A DNA stretch of 64,000 nt from NCBI GenBank assembly GCA_028376655.1, contig JAONAZ010000001.1:40784-104783 (forward strand), in the 5' to 3' direction. Under the pieces are notes generated by a model that had not been told where the DNA came from, ran no database searches, and saw only the letters and a list, made by a program, of their open reading frames with translations. Within the stretch, counting starts at the first letter, position 1; each line of letters begins with the position of its first letter. The position numbers and the translations under genes are program-made. Positions 32,222 to 42,304 of the stretch are shown piece after piece. This stretch comes from Acidimicrobiia bacterium. Its GTDB lineage: Bacteria > Actinomycetota > Acidimicrobiia > Actinomarinales > Actinomarinaceae.

Positions 32222-33832
32222 TTACTCAATTAATCTCTTATCGTCTTTAATCTTAATTTTTATATGATTATCAACAGTTCTAAAATCATCTGCATTGTGA
32301 GTAGCATTTAAAATAGTAAGGCTCGATTTGGATAAGATATCAAATATTAAGTTTTTAGAATTTATATCTAGATTTGATGTAGATTCATCCAACAATAAAA
32401 TTTCAACATCACCGAGTAGGGATCTAATGAATGATATTTTTTGTAATTGACCTGAAGATAATGTTTTATTTGAAATATGTTTTTCTAAATCCATATTGTT
32501 TTTTTCATTAAATAATCCAAAATCTTCAAGATACTTGTTTAACACATCATCCGATATGTTTTTGGTATTTCCATATAGTAAGTTATCTTTGAGAGAGCCG
32601 GCGATAATTAATGGGGTTACCCCTACATATCCAAACTTGCTGGAAAAACTGCTCACTGTTCCATCTTCAGGGTAAATAAGACCTGAACATAAACCCAGAA
32701 GAGTACTTTTACCAGAACCATTGGGGCCAGTTATAACATTGTGTGTATTTTTTTTAATCTCTAAACTTAAATCCTCGAATATATAATTTTCAGCATTGTA
32801 ATATTTGAAACTTAGATTTTTAATACTTATGGCTGACTCATTTTTAGTATTAACAGAAAAATTTCCCTTAAAGTTATTCGTACTATTTTCAGTTATCTCA
32901 TAAAGTTTTTTTATAACTACATGATTATTACTGACAAGCATAATGTTCTTGTTAACCTTACTAAATTCTTGGAAAAGCCTTATCAAAACTCCAATAAAAT
33001 CAAGAGTTAATATTTTAGCAAAATTAAAAAAAGCTAAGAGAATAGATAAGAGTAGTAAAGTAGCAAATTGTGGAAAACTTGTAGTTAAAGTTCCTACTTT
33101 TTGGGAGTCTAAATGTGCTCGATAGTAGATTTTTAACACTGACCTGAAATTTGCTATTTCATCATTAACTTTTTTTAGTAACTTTATTAAAAATATATTT
33201 TCTAGTATTTTTTGTAATTGAGAATTATACTCACGGGCAGCTTCCCAATCAACATGAGTATATGTTCTTCCACGTTTTGTAAAAAATTTAGTTGGTAAAT
33301 ACAATATCGCTGCTCCGCCAACAATTATTATCAAGGATTGTGTGTCAGAATATATCAAATATCCAGAATACAAAAATAACTGTATAAGGCTCGCGATCAA
33401 TCCCGTAAGGCTGTGATAAAAAGCTCCGACAGATAGTGCAAATGAGTTTAGGAAATGAAAAGCATCTCCCATGGAAAAGTTGGTTTTATCGAATATTTCT
33501 TCAAGTAAATAGACTCTCAAATTTTCTTCAATCTGAAATTTAAGTTTATAAGAGTTGAGAATATCAAGATATGAAAACAAAAATCTAGATACAACTACTG
33601 CAGGTAGTAAAAATAGATTATTGACAAAAAAGTTAACCACAAAATTATTGTTTGAAATATCATCTTGAAAAAGTGAGGCAATCGTAACAATGATAATTAA
33701 ATCACTTCCAAATGATGCAAACAACAATATTACAGAAAGAAGTACTCTTCCTTTTTTATTTTTGGTACCTGTCAATTTTGAGACGTACATTATATCTCTA
33801 ATAAAAGTTTTAAATTGTGATAACAATTCCAT
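32222..33832 (-). CDS. ABC transporter permease+ATPase fusion (PglK/MsbA-like glycan exporter)
   Basis: N-terminal TM domain; Walker A GPNGSGKS, LSSGQ, LLLDESTS. Confidence 0.85.
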   Translation of the reverse strand: MELLSQFKTFIRDIMYVSKLTGTKNKKGRVLLSVILLFASFGSDLIIIVTIASLFQDDISNNNFVVNFFVNNLFLLPAVVVSRFLFSYLDILNSYKLKFQIEENLRVYLLEEIFDKTNFSMGDAFHFLNSFALSVGAFYHSLTGLIASLIQLFLYSGYLIYSDTQSLIIIVGGAAILYLPTKFFTKRGRTYTHVDWEAAREYNSQLQKILENIFLIKLLKKVNDEIANFRSVLKIYYRAHLDSQKVGTLTTSFPQFATLLLLSILLAFFNFAKILTLDFIGVLIRLFQEFSKVNKNIMLVSNNHVVIKKLYEITENSTNNFKGNFSVNTKNESAISIKNLSFKYYNAENYIFEDLSLEIKKNTHNVITGPNGSGKSTLLGLCSGLIYPEDGTVSSFSSKFGYVGVTPLIIAGSLKDNLLYGNTKNISDDVLNKYLEDFGLFNEKNNMDLEKHISNKTLSSGQLQKISFIRSLLGDVEILLLDESTSNLDINSKNLIFDILSKSSLTILNATHNADDFRTVDNHIKIKIKDDKRLIE

Positions 33833-33867
33833 CCTTTATATATTTTGATTCATGCTTTCAGAAGTCC

Positions 33868-34599
33868 TTAGGACTGACCTAACAAACTATAGAATTTTTT
33901 AATACTTTTTCTTATTGTAATTGGCAAAATATAGTAATAAGCCTTAATTAATTTTTTAATTTTTTTATGACTAAGGAACTTTAGAAATTCTGCAATAATT
34001 TTTGATTTAATTATCCTTGGCTTGTTCATAAAAAAATAAAGTAAATAATCTTTCTTTTCTATTCTTTTATTCCACTTTCTTCCATAAAGATACCTCAATA
34101 CTTTAGTAGGTTCGTTCGGGATTTTTATTTTTATATTATTAAAAAGCGAATCAGTAAAAGGAAGGATGGTATTTTTGGTCATATACATCCATTGCTTTTT
34201 ATCTTCTTGGTATGGACCACCTATAGACTTAAGTAACACTTTTTGCTTAGGTGTTAATTCGTAAAAATAAAAATCTATTAAGCACACCTTATCCTTATTG
34301 TTAAATTCAGCTTGGATAAAATATTCACCTGAATTCACAGGCTTATTTAAATCTAATTTAAGATCAGATTTTAGAAGTAGAGTTATTATCTTTTGCTTAT
34401 TTTTGTAATCTACTAAAAAATCAATATCATCATCATTTTTTAATAAAGAATTATCTCTTATGATCCCCAGAAGTGTTCCAAAAAATATTGAATATTCAAC
34501 ATCTTTTATTATTTCAATAACATAATCAAATGCATTATTTAGCGTTGCATCATCGATTGGTTTTTTGTTATCCAGCTTAAGGTCATCAAATTTTTTCAT
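33868..34599 (-). CDS. LicD family phospho(no)transferase
   Basis: FGTLLGIIR..DDDIDF and LRYLYG..W motifs. Confidence 0.85.
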   Translation of the reverse strand: MKKFDDLKLDNKKPIDDATLNNAFDYVIEIIKDVEYSIFFGTLLGIIRDNSLLKNDDDIDFLVDYKNKQKIITLLLKSDLKLDLNKPVNSGEYFIQAEFNNKDKVCLIDFYFYELTPKQKVLLKSIGGPYQEDKKQWMYMTKNTILPFTDSLFNNIKIKIPNEPTKVLRYLYGRKWNKRIEKKDYLLYFFMNKPRIIKSKIIAEFLKFLSHKKIKKLIKAYYYILPITIRKSIKKFYSLLGQS

Positions 34600-34615
34600 A
34601 ATTTGTTACCTATTC

Positions 34616-35680
34616 TTATATAAATTTCTTCAGAGATGATTTTATTATACTTTCAATATCCCCTTTTGTGGGAGTAACTATAAAGTTATCAAGTCTACTG
34701 TTCATAAATACTTCATTAATTATTTGTTCAAGGCTAAAATCTGTAAAGTATGATTTATAAATTTCCTGGAGACCAAAATTATTAACTATATTTAGTATTG
34801 CTTTAACTTCAACTTCTAAGGCTTCAATAAATATTTCTTTTTCGAAATAATTATTTATTGAATTTAAGGTGAAAGCACACGCAAGACCGTGGGGTAGGTT
34901 AAATTTGTTTGTCAACGGATAAGATATTGCATGAGAAAGAGAAGTCCTAGTTATATTTATAGCCTGACCTGCAAGATTTGAAGCTTCTAATAATTTATTT
35001 CTTGATATTACTGAATATGTCCCATTAAGATTTAGCTCAAATGATTCAATTAAAAGAGATAAAGATTTCTTACAAAGAGATAGTGATTCATTTGTTTTAT
35101 TCTTGCTCCATAAACTATCGAGACAATGAGAAATACAATCAAGCATCGTCGGGATTAAAATATGATCAGGTAAAGAATTTATAAAACTTGGAACAAGATA
35201 AACAACTTCTGGAAGCATTATTATATTTTCAAAAGATTCTTTATTTTTGGTTTCTTTATTCCAAATCGTGGAAAAGCAAGTACTTTCAGCACCTGTTCCT
35301 GCCGTTGTTGGTATGGCAATATTGAATATTTTTGAAGAATAAATTTGATTTAACTCATGCACCGAAGATATCTTCTGATTAGCGTCACTAGCCATACAGT
35401 ATATTTTTGCTAAATCTAATACACTTCCACCACCAAGAGAAATTACCAAATCATGTTTTGTATTTTGATACAGATTTAAGACTTGATTAATTAATTCATA
35501 ATCTGGATATCTTTCTACTAAAAAAATATCAGATGGTTTTATTTGCTCCGAAAACTGGCTTATATAACTTCTCTCATGATTACCTGGACTTGTTATAAGC
35601 AAAATATTTTTTGATTCTTTAATCTTATTGCTGTGTAATAAGTGTTGAGAATGTTTTTTTTTAACTATTACTTGATTCAC
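34616..35680 (-). CDS. Iron-containing alcohol dehydrogenase, probable phosphonoacetaldehyde reductase
   Basis: GGGSVLDLAK, PTTAGTGAE, SHAISY, PHGLAC; directly downstream of ppd. Confidence 0.85.
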   Translation of the reverse strand: MNQVIVKKKHSQHLLHSNKIKESKNILLITSPGNHERSYISQFSEQIKPSDIFLVERYPDYELINQVLNLYQNTKHDLVISLGGGSVLDLAKIYCMASDANQKISSVHELNQIYSSKIFNIAIPTTAGTGAESTCFSTIWNKETKNKESFENIIMLPEVVYLVPSFINSLPDHILIPTMLDCISHCLDSLWSKNKTNESLSLCKKSLSLLIESFELNLNGTYSVISRNKLLEASNLAGQAINITRTSLSHAISYPLTNKFNLPHGLACAFTLNSINNYFEKEIFIEALEVEVKAILNIVNNFGLQEIYKSYFTDFSLEQIINEVFMNSRLDNFIVTPTKGDIESIIKSSLKKFI

Positions 35681-36785
35681 TATTGACCTTTTTAATAAAG
35701 TTTTCTTTATTTTCTATAGGGGAATTTTTAGGACGTGGAAGATTTGATTCTGAATAATTTTGTACCTCGATTTCTATATATGTTGGTCCATTATTTGTAT
35801 CGAAGCTTGAGTCAGTTAAATCTTTAAGATTATTAAATGTAAATATATTTTCATAGCCAAAAGAGCTAAACAGTTTTTTTCTGTCAATAGAATTATATAC
35901 GTTCGGCTGTCCTCCAACAGATTCATGAGCTGAGTTATTAAAAACAATATGAAAAAAATTCTTCATCTTCTCTGTACCAATAATTCCTTGGTGACCCATA
36001 TGCATGAGAATCGATCCATCACCATCCAAACAAACAATGTTTTTATTGCTTAAAGTTTTAGCAAGACCAAAAGATATAGCAGAAGCATGACCCATCCCAC
36101 CTACGGTATAAAAATCATCTTCACTGAGATCTTGATCTACTCTAAACTGATAAAGCTCTCTAGAAAGTTTGCCAGTAGTAGAAATAAAAATTGTTTCAGT
36201 ACTAAATTTTTTGACAATACCTTCTAACGCTTTTTTTCTCGTAGGAAGATTTTTATTATTCTGAAATTTTCTTTGATCTTTTTCAAATGTATCTTTCCTT
36301 ACTACCAATGCAGATGGATTATTTGTTTTAATATTGATGCTTAAGTATTCATGTACTTCTTCTAAAGTGGTATTTTTATCAATTACTTTATAGTCTATTT
36401 GGAGTAATTCCAGAAGTTTTAGAGTAATTTTACCTTGAAATTGGTGTTGAGGTTCATCTTTAAAACCCGGTTCCCCTCTCCATCCTACTAGTAAAACAAA
36501 AGGGATATTGTAAACCTCACTGTTTAAAAGCGATGTATACGGATTAATAAAATTACCTAAACCAGAATTTTGCATATAAATCAGTGGGATTTTACCTGTT
36601 CCGAGACTGTAACCCATACAAATTCCTAATGCACTACCTTCATTAGTTGAAATTATGTGATTTTTATCATTAAAGTCAAAATGTAAAGATTTACTAAACT
36701 CAGACATTAGTGAATCTGGAACACCTGTGAAAAAGTCAATACCTAAACTTTGTAGTGAGTTAATAAAATTTTTAGCTTTCAGCAT
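35661..36785 (-). CDS. aepY: Phosphonopyruvate decarboxylase
   Basis: FFTGVPDSL, YMQNSGLGN, GWRGEPG..DEPQH, TPP motif DGDGS...NN. Confidence 0.95.
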   Translation of the reverse strand: MLKAKNFINSLQSLGIDFFTGVPDSLMSEFSKSLHFDFNDKNHIISTNEGSALGICMGYSLGTGKIPLIYMQNSGLGNFINPYTSLLNSEVYNIPFVLLVGWRGEPGFKDEPQHQFQGKITLKLLELLQIDYKVIDKNTTLEEVHEYLSINIKTNNPSALVVRKDTFEKDQRKFQNNKNLPTRKKALEGIVKKFSTETIFISTTGKLSRELYQFRVDQDLSEDDFYTVGGMGHASAISFGLAKTLSNKNIVCLDGDGSILMHMGHQGIIGTEKMKNFFHIVFNNSAHESVGGQPNVYNSIDRKKLFSSFGYENIFTFNNLKDLTDSSFDTNNGPTYIEIEVQNYSESNLPRPKNSPIENKENFIKKVNSESSNS

Positions 36786-36789
36786 TTTT

Positions 36790-38085
36790 TTAAGAAATAT
36801 CGGTGAAGTTGATAATGTCTTTTATACTCATTAAATTTTTCTCAATTTCTTGAGTTCTTCCATTTTTAAGGATACTTTGAGCTGTGTTTACCATTGCTGG
36901 GTATGCACTTCGAAGAAGATGGTTCGCATAGATAACTACATCTACTCCTATCTGCTTGAATTCACTTAATGAAACATGGTTAAAGGTTGTTGGAACAACA
37001 ACAATTGGTGCTGAATGTTTATCTCTATATTTTTTTACAAACTCAAAAATTTCTTCTTCAGATTCACTTTTACTATGGATAAGAATTCCTCCAGCACCTG
37101 CACCTAAGTAAGCATCTGCTCTAGATAAAGCATCATTCATTCCTTGATTCAAAATTAAGCTTTCAATTCGAGCAATAATAAGAAAATCATTAGTCCTTTT
37201 GGCATTATTACCTGCTCTTATCTTCTCTGAGAAATTCTCAATACTATCTTGTTTTTGATTTGCAGTATCACCGAATAAAGAATTCTTTTTTAAACCCACT
37301 TTATCCTCAATAACTACAGCCGAAACACCAATTCTTTCTAAATTTTTAACAGTATATATAAAGTGTTCAGACTTACCTCCTGTATCTCCATCATAAATAA
37401 TTGGCTTTGAAGTTACTTCTATAATTTCATTAATAGTATTTATTCTTGAAGTTGTATCCACTGCTTCAATATCGGGTTTACCCTTTGCTGTTGAATCCGT
37501 GAGACTACTAGCCCACATTCCATCAAATTCATACTCAACTCCTGAGTCTATAACTCTTGTATTTTCAATAACAATACCTGATAATGCATTGTGGATATCT
37601 AAAAAAATAAGAGTATCTTTATTGTTGATAGCTTTAACTAAAGATTGTCGCCTTTCGTCTGTTGTTAGATTTTTTTTAACTTTTGATTTATATATTGATG
37701 AAGAGACACCTTCGGTATAGGGTATTTCTATAAGCTCACCATCCCATTCTTGTAATACTTTTATCACTTTTTCTCTAATATCCTTTTGAATACCTGTTTT
37801 CCAGTCATCCCCATGCACCACAATACTGGGTTTTAATTTTCTTAAATTTTCTGTATAATCATGGGTTTCTTGTGGAACAACTTCTGAAACATATTTAATA
37901 CCGGCAATTACACTTTTCCTGTCTTCAAAAGCCATAATTGGCATTTTTTTATAAGTTGAAATAGCATGATCAGTTAACAAACCAACGGTTACTTTCCCTA
38001 ATTTGCTTGCTTCTCGTAATATATTCATATGTCCCGAATGTAAAATATCTGCACTCATTCCAACATAAACATTTGAATTCAACAT
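36790..38085 (-). CDS. aepX: Phosphoenolpyruvate mutase with N-terminal cytidylyltransferase domain
   Basis: PepM signature EDK-X5-NS (EDKVGLKKNS); N-terminal HxGH (ADILHSGH) and HGDDW. Confidence 0.96.
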   Translation of the reverse strand: MLNSNVYVGMSADILHSGHMNILREASKLGKVTVGLLTDHAISTYKKMPIMAFEDRKSVIAGIKYVSEVVPQETHDYTENLRKLKPSIVVHGDDWKTGIQKDIREKVIKVLQEWDGELIEIPYTEGVSSSIYKSKVKKNLTTDERRQSLVKAINNKDTLIFLDIHNALSGIVIENTRVIDSGVEYEFDGMWASSLTDSTAKGKPDIEAVDTTSRINTINEIIEVTSKPIIYDGDTGGKSEHFIYTVKNLERIGVSAVVIEDKVGLKKNSLFGDTANQKQDSIENFSEKIRAGNNAKRTNDFLIIARIESLILNQGMNDALSRADAYLGAGAGGILIHSKSESEEEIFEFVKKYRDKHSAPIVVVPTTFNHVSLSEFKQIGVDVVIYANHLLRSAYPAMVNTAQSILKNGRTQEIEKNLMSIKDIINFTDIS

Positions 38086-38181
38086 GTTCTAATCATACCT
38101 TTAATTATTTATAAATTATTAGCTAGTTAAAACCTTTACTAATCTATCTAAATTTTAAATCATTTAAGATTGTTATTAATA

Positions 38182-38718
38182 ATGAAAAATAAAATTAGAA
38201 ATTCTATAAAATCTTCTGCTGAGGGAGACTACATTTACTTAATTGCTTTTCTATTTCTTTTGTTGTCACAAAATTTTTTCTTAATCAGCTTAGCTATTAT
38301 AAGTATTGAGTTGATTATAATTTCCTTAAATAATTCATTCAAAATTACAGTAGCTACATACCCGAATATGAAAACTTCAATAGCTAGATTTTACAAAAAT
38401 AATCAACTCATATTTATTATTTTTGTAGTTGTTTGTTTCTTAATAAATCTGGAACTGTTTAGTTCTTTTTATTCTTTTTTCTTAATTTCTTTTTTTGCAA
38501 ATATTTTAAGGGTTGTTTTACTACCACATAAAATTTACTTTTATAAGCTAGACAAGTTAAAACAATTATTGCTGGTTGAGAGTTCTTTTTTTCTTTTTTT
38601 TATTTATTTTTATTTATTTCAGACTTCCCTTAATATTTTTTTATTAATACCACTAACCTTATCCATTAGAAATATTTCATACTTTATTTTTGTTAAGTTA
38701 AAATTCTATGATCAATAA
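38182..38718 (+). CDS. Small multi-pass membrane protein of unknown function
   Basis: Hydrophobic ORF filling the gap between pepM and the split GT gene; start uncertain (38170 TTG or 38182 ATG). Confidence 0.5.
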   Translation: MKNKIRNSIKSSAEGDYIYLIAFLFLLLSQNFFLISLAIISIELIIISLNNSFKITVATYPNMKTSIARFYKNNQLIFIIFVVVCFLINLELFSSFYSFFLISFFANILRVVLLPHKIYFYKLDKLKQLLLVESSFFLFFIYFYLFQTSLNIFLLIPLTLSIRNISYFIFVKLKFYDQ

Positions 38719-39666
38719 CCTTGGTAATTACTGACTGCAACCTTTATATTTAATTTCTGAAACAATTCTTGTCCTCTTTCTGTCGAGTTCAACCTATTAA
38801 TGTAGTCACCGCGGTAACTTAAAGTTTTGTTAAAGTAGTGGTCATTCATAAAAGTAGAAAATTTAGATAAATCAATTTTGTCATTATTAGTAGTTATGTC
38901 AAAAAGTTGATTATCATGCATGTCTCCAGTTATTAATGATAAACTCGTATCAATTTTTTTATCTTGATGAGACTTGAAAGTAAAATACTCATAGAGGCTT
39001 TGCTCGCTTCCATTTATAAAGTAACTTACTGGTTTTTCGTGAACCTTTTGTAAGTAATCAATCATATTTTTGTAAAGATTTGTATCAATGAACCAAAAGT
39101 CATTCATCCTAATATTGATATTATAAATTGGATCGTGTTTTTTTAAACTCCACCCAAATAAATTTTTAAATAAATGATGATACCTAACACCTTTTATCCC
39201 CGTACCTATAAGAAGTGTGGGCTTTAAAGAATTTTCATTAAGAAATTCTAAAATATCAAAGCTTTTTAATACCAAACTTTCCGAATCCATACACCAGACA
39301 TTTTTAAATCCTTCATTTTGAAGCCTAAGAAGGGAATATGTTCTTTTAAGGGCAACATAATCTCTGTGTTCACCTGCCCCCCCAAAATACAGATAACTGA
39401 TTTTTGGGTTTTAAAACATTGTCTAAATCTTCAATATATTCTAAATTTGCATTTGGAACTATGTTTTCCATTGACAGTGTATTCAAATTTAGATTTGATC
39501 TTACACCTTTTAGGAATTCTTCCTCTTCCTTCCTGCTGTCTAAGACTATGTATATAGGGATGTGTAAAATATTTTCAACTAGTTGTTCAAGAGACATTAG
39601 AAGTTTATACACATACCTATAGTGTGCTGGAATTGTTTGTATATGAATGCAAAAATTGTTTTTCAT
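38712..39666 (-). pseudogene. GT-like gene split by a +1 frameshift at a G7 tract (phase-variable locus or sequencing error)
   Basis: Removing one G from the tract at 39377-39383 joins ORFs 39370..39666 and 38712..39290 into 317 aa with a VWCMDSES motif. Confidence 0.75.
39377..39383 (-). repeat. G7 homopolymer (C7 on the + strand) at the frameshift point
   Basis: + strand reads cacctg-ccccccc-aaaatac. Confidence 0.9.
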
Positions 39667-39713
39667 TTTCCTATATTAAAAGAACAAAAAATTTGTAAAT
39701 ATTTAAAATAATA

Positions 39714-42206
39714 TTATTTATTTGCAGTAAACGTGCTAAAAATTATTTCTTCCCAAAATTTGTTTAAATATTGTGTAGCAAATTTAGACAAATGACCTAT
39801 ATTGTCAACATACAGTAGGTTATCTTCTATGTTTACTTTACAAATATTATCATTACATAAAAGGGGTAATGGGTCATAATACAAAATATTTTCATTAACT
39901 AAACTTTTAAGTAACGACGTAAGAAGCAATCTACTTTTTAACACTAATTCATAATCTTGATCGCACAGTTGATAATTTCGCATTGTAATAATTTCAAATT
40001 CGTAGTTTATATCACTACTATTACATAGTTCGGGTGTGTCATCTATGAGAATTAAGGTTGATTCATTATTTTTAACTATATCAATTATTTCAGAAAGTCT
40101 TTTGTAGATATTGGGATAAGTTTCTGTGGTAACTCTAAAACTAGAGATGGAAAATACAATTACATCGTTATAATTTAAATTCTCAGAAAAATATTGAAGA
40201 TATTTTTCATCACTATTTTTAATACAACTCCTAGACCCAACACAGTAGTCAACTCCTGTAAGATCAGAAAGATGTCCCCATTCAACCAATACATGATTCT
40301 TGAAATTCTGTACTTCTTTTAATTGATTTATTGAAGGGTAATGATTAGTTACATGACTGTCTCCTATTAGAAAAATATCACTCTCTATATCACTACTTTG
40401 GAAACAGATTTCTAAATCATTAATTTCCTGGTCTGGAAAACTACAGTAAATATTTTCGTATATAGAAGATAAGTCTTGTGAATTTAGATTATTATTTGAA
40501 TCTTCTTGCCTAAAGGGTGATGTAAGTAAGACAATCAATAATGTTACAAAAAGTATGAATAGTGAACTCTTTTTCCATGAGAAATGATTAAATTTATTTC
40601 CATACCTTATAGGTGATTCAATAAATTTATAGGAAAAAAGAGAAATTACAATAATTATTACAAATAAAGTTTCATCTGTTAAGACTTTAAAATTTATCCA
40701 TTTGCTGAATGTCAAAACTGGAATATGCCACAAATATAGGGAATAGGATAGTAATCCAATATTTGTGATGAGTCGATTTTTTAAAAATGCTCTTGTAAAT
40801 ACGCCCTCTTTATTTTCGACAAGCAATAATAATGTCAGAATCACAACTAATATATGTAAATACTGCGGCAAATTTACTGTAGTAAATACCGTTAAAAAAA
40901 GTAAGCTCAATAAAAAACCATTTTTTTCATAATCTAACTTAACTTTATATTGATTTAGTAGAAGTGAAAGTAAGCAGCCAGCACCAACTTGCCAAAATCT
41001 AGAAAGTACTAAATAATATGAAAAGAGAAAATTTGTTTCAAAATTATTCAAGAACAATATTAGAGAAATAGCTGAAAGAAGAATTAATATATATGTAAAC
41101 ATTTTTCTTTTTTTTGAATTTGAATAAAAAGTAAGAAAAAGTAGTGGGTAAAAAAAATAAAATTGTTCTTCAACGCCTAGTGACCATGTATGTAAAAAAG
41201 AATTGTATTTTGATACATCTGAAAAATATTCAAATGATTGAATATATAAATAAATATTAGATGCTCCGACTAGAGAAAATAATCCTGTTAAAAAAGTACT
41301 TTTAAAGTAATAGTCCACTTTGAATAGTGCCAATGACGAAATTACAAACATAAAGAAAACAGCTGGGAAGATTCTCTTAAATCTCTTTATGTAAAAGTTG
41401 CTCAAGAGATTATTTGTTCCTTTTTTAGTAGACGCCATTAATGAATTTGTAACAACAAATCCAGATATTGTAAAAAATATATCTACACCTAAATAACCAT
41501 TTGGAATAAAGTCTGTGTTGTAATGGTTAAATATTACAAAAATAACTGCTAAAGCTCTGAGTCCATCAATTTCTTTTCTATACTCACTTTTTATTGATCT
41601 ATTTAATTTCACCCTGGATAAATAAATTAGAATAAAAAGAAGTGCAGTTAATATAAAACCATCATAAATATTTTCAAAAAATAATTTATTTTCAACCAAT
41701 AAATTTCTTTGGAAAGTATTAAAAATTAAAATCAGTAGAAAAAATTTAACTTTATATATATATTTCCTAATCCACAATGATATTAAAAAGAAGATTACCG
41801 AAATAAGATTATATAATTTAGGACTAGTTCCGTAATAGATATCTATCTGACCATTAATTGCACTAAATTTAGTAATTTTTGAAATACATTTTATCGATCC
41901 TAAATTTTCAGAAAGATCTAAAGCATAGGGTGTGGCTCTGTAATCTGACTTGTCCTCAGCTTCGTCCAATAAATTAATAGCTAAATTCTGAACTGTACAG
42001 GGATTTTTTTGTATTTCGTTCATAATGTAATTTTCATATGTTTCATCAGAAGAAATAACCAGCTTTGACTGAGCATACGCATCGAATGCATTTAAGGAAT
42101 ACATTATTATTGGAAGAAGTGTCAATAATATATAAATTTTTATATATTTTTTATTAAAGTTTTTATTAAAGTTTTTATTAAAGTTTTTATTAAAGTTTTT
42201 ATACAT
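39714..42206 (-). CDS. Acyltransferase-3 + SGNH fusion with an extra N-terminal membrane-anchored domain
   Basis: EIDGLRALAV, GYLGVDIFF, HTWSLGVEEQFY, IGDSH; about 200 extra residues at the N-terminus. Confidence 0.88.
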   Translation of the reverse strand: MYKNFNKNFNKNFNKNFNKKYIKIYILLTLLPIIMYSLNAFDAYAQSKLVISSDETYENYIMNEIQKNPCTVQNLAINLLDEAEDKSDYRATPYALDLSENLGSIKCISKITKFSAINGQIDIYYGTSPKLYNLISVIFFLISLWIRKYIYKVKFFLLILIFNTFQRNLLVENKLFFENIYDGFILTALLFILIYLSRVKLNRSIKSEYRKEIDGLRALAVIFVIFNHYNTDFIPNGYLGVDIFFTISGFVVTNSLMASTKKGTNNLLSNFYIKRFKRIFPAVFFMFVISSLALFKVDYYFKSTFLTGLFSLVGASNIYLYIQSFEYFSDVSKYNSFLHTWSLGVEEQFYFFYPLLFLTFYSNSKKRKMFTYILILLSAISLILFLNNFETNFLFSYYLVLSRFWQVGAGCLLSLLLNQYKVKLDYEKNGFLLSLLFLTVFTTVNLPQYLHILVVILTLLLLVENKEGVFTRAFLKNRLITNIGLLSYSLYLWHIPVLTFSKWINFKVLTDETLFVIIIVISLFSYKFIESPIRYGNKFNHFSWKKSSLFILFVTLLIVLLTSPFRQEDSNNNLNSQDLSSIYENIYCSFPDQEINDLEICFQSSDIESDIFLIGDSHVTNHYPSINQLKEVQNFKNHVLVEWGHLSDLTGVDYCVGSRSCIKNSDEKYLQYFSENLNYNDVIVFSISSFRVTTETYPNIYKRLSEIIDIVKNNESTLILIDDTPELCNSSDINYEFEIITMRNYQLCDQDYELVLKSRLLLTSLLKSLVNENILYYDPLPLLCNDNICKVNIEDNLLYVDNIGHLSKFATQYLNKFWEEIIFSTFTANK
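42148..42202. repeat. 12-bp tandem repeat (TTATTAAAGTTT, ~4.5 copies) encoding NFNK repeats
   Basis: Exact units at 42151, 42163, 42175, 42187. Confidence 0.95.
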
Positions 42207-42304
42207 TGAAAATTAAAATTTCATGTCAATTCTACAACCTCTTCTTCATATATATATTTTTTTTAACTTATAAATTTTTTTTTATATCTAATTAGTATAT
42301 TTTA

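Noticed and set aside
32222..38085. Methylphosphonate (MpnS) or phosphonate-antibiotic pathway
   Set aside because: No MpnS/HepD-like dioxygenase or antibiotic tailoring genes in the window; the context points to glycan decoration
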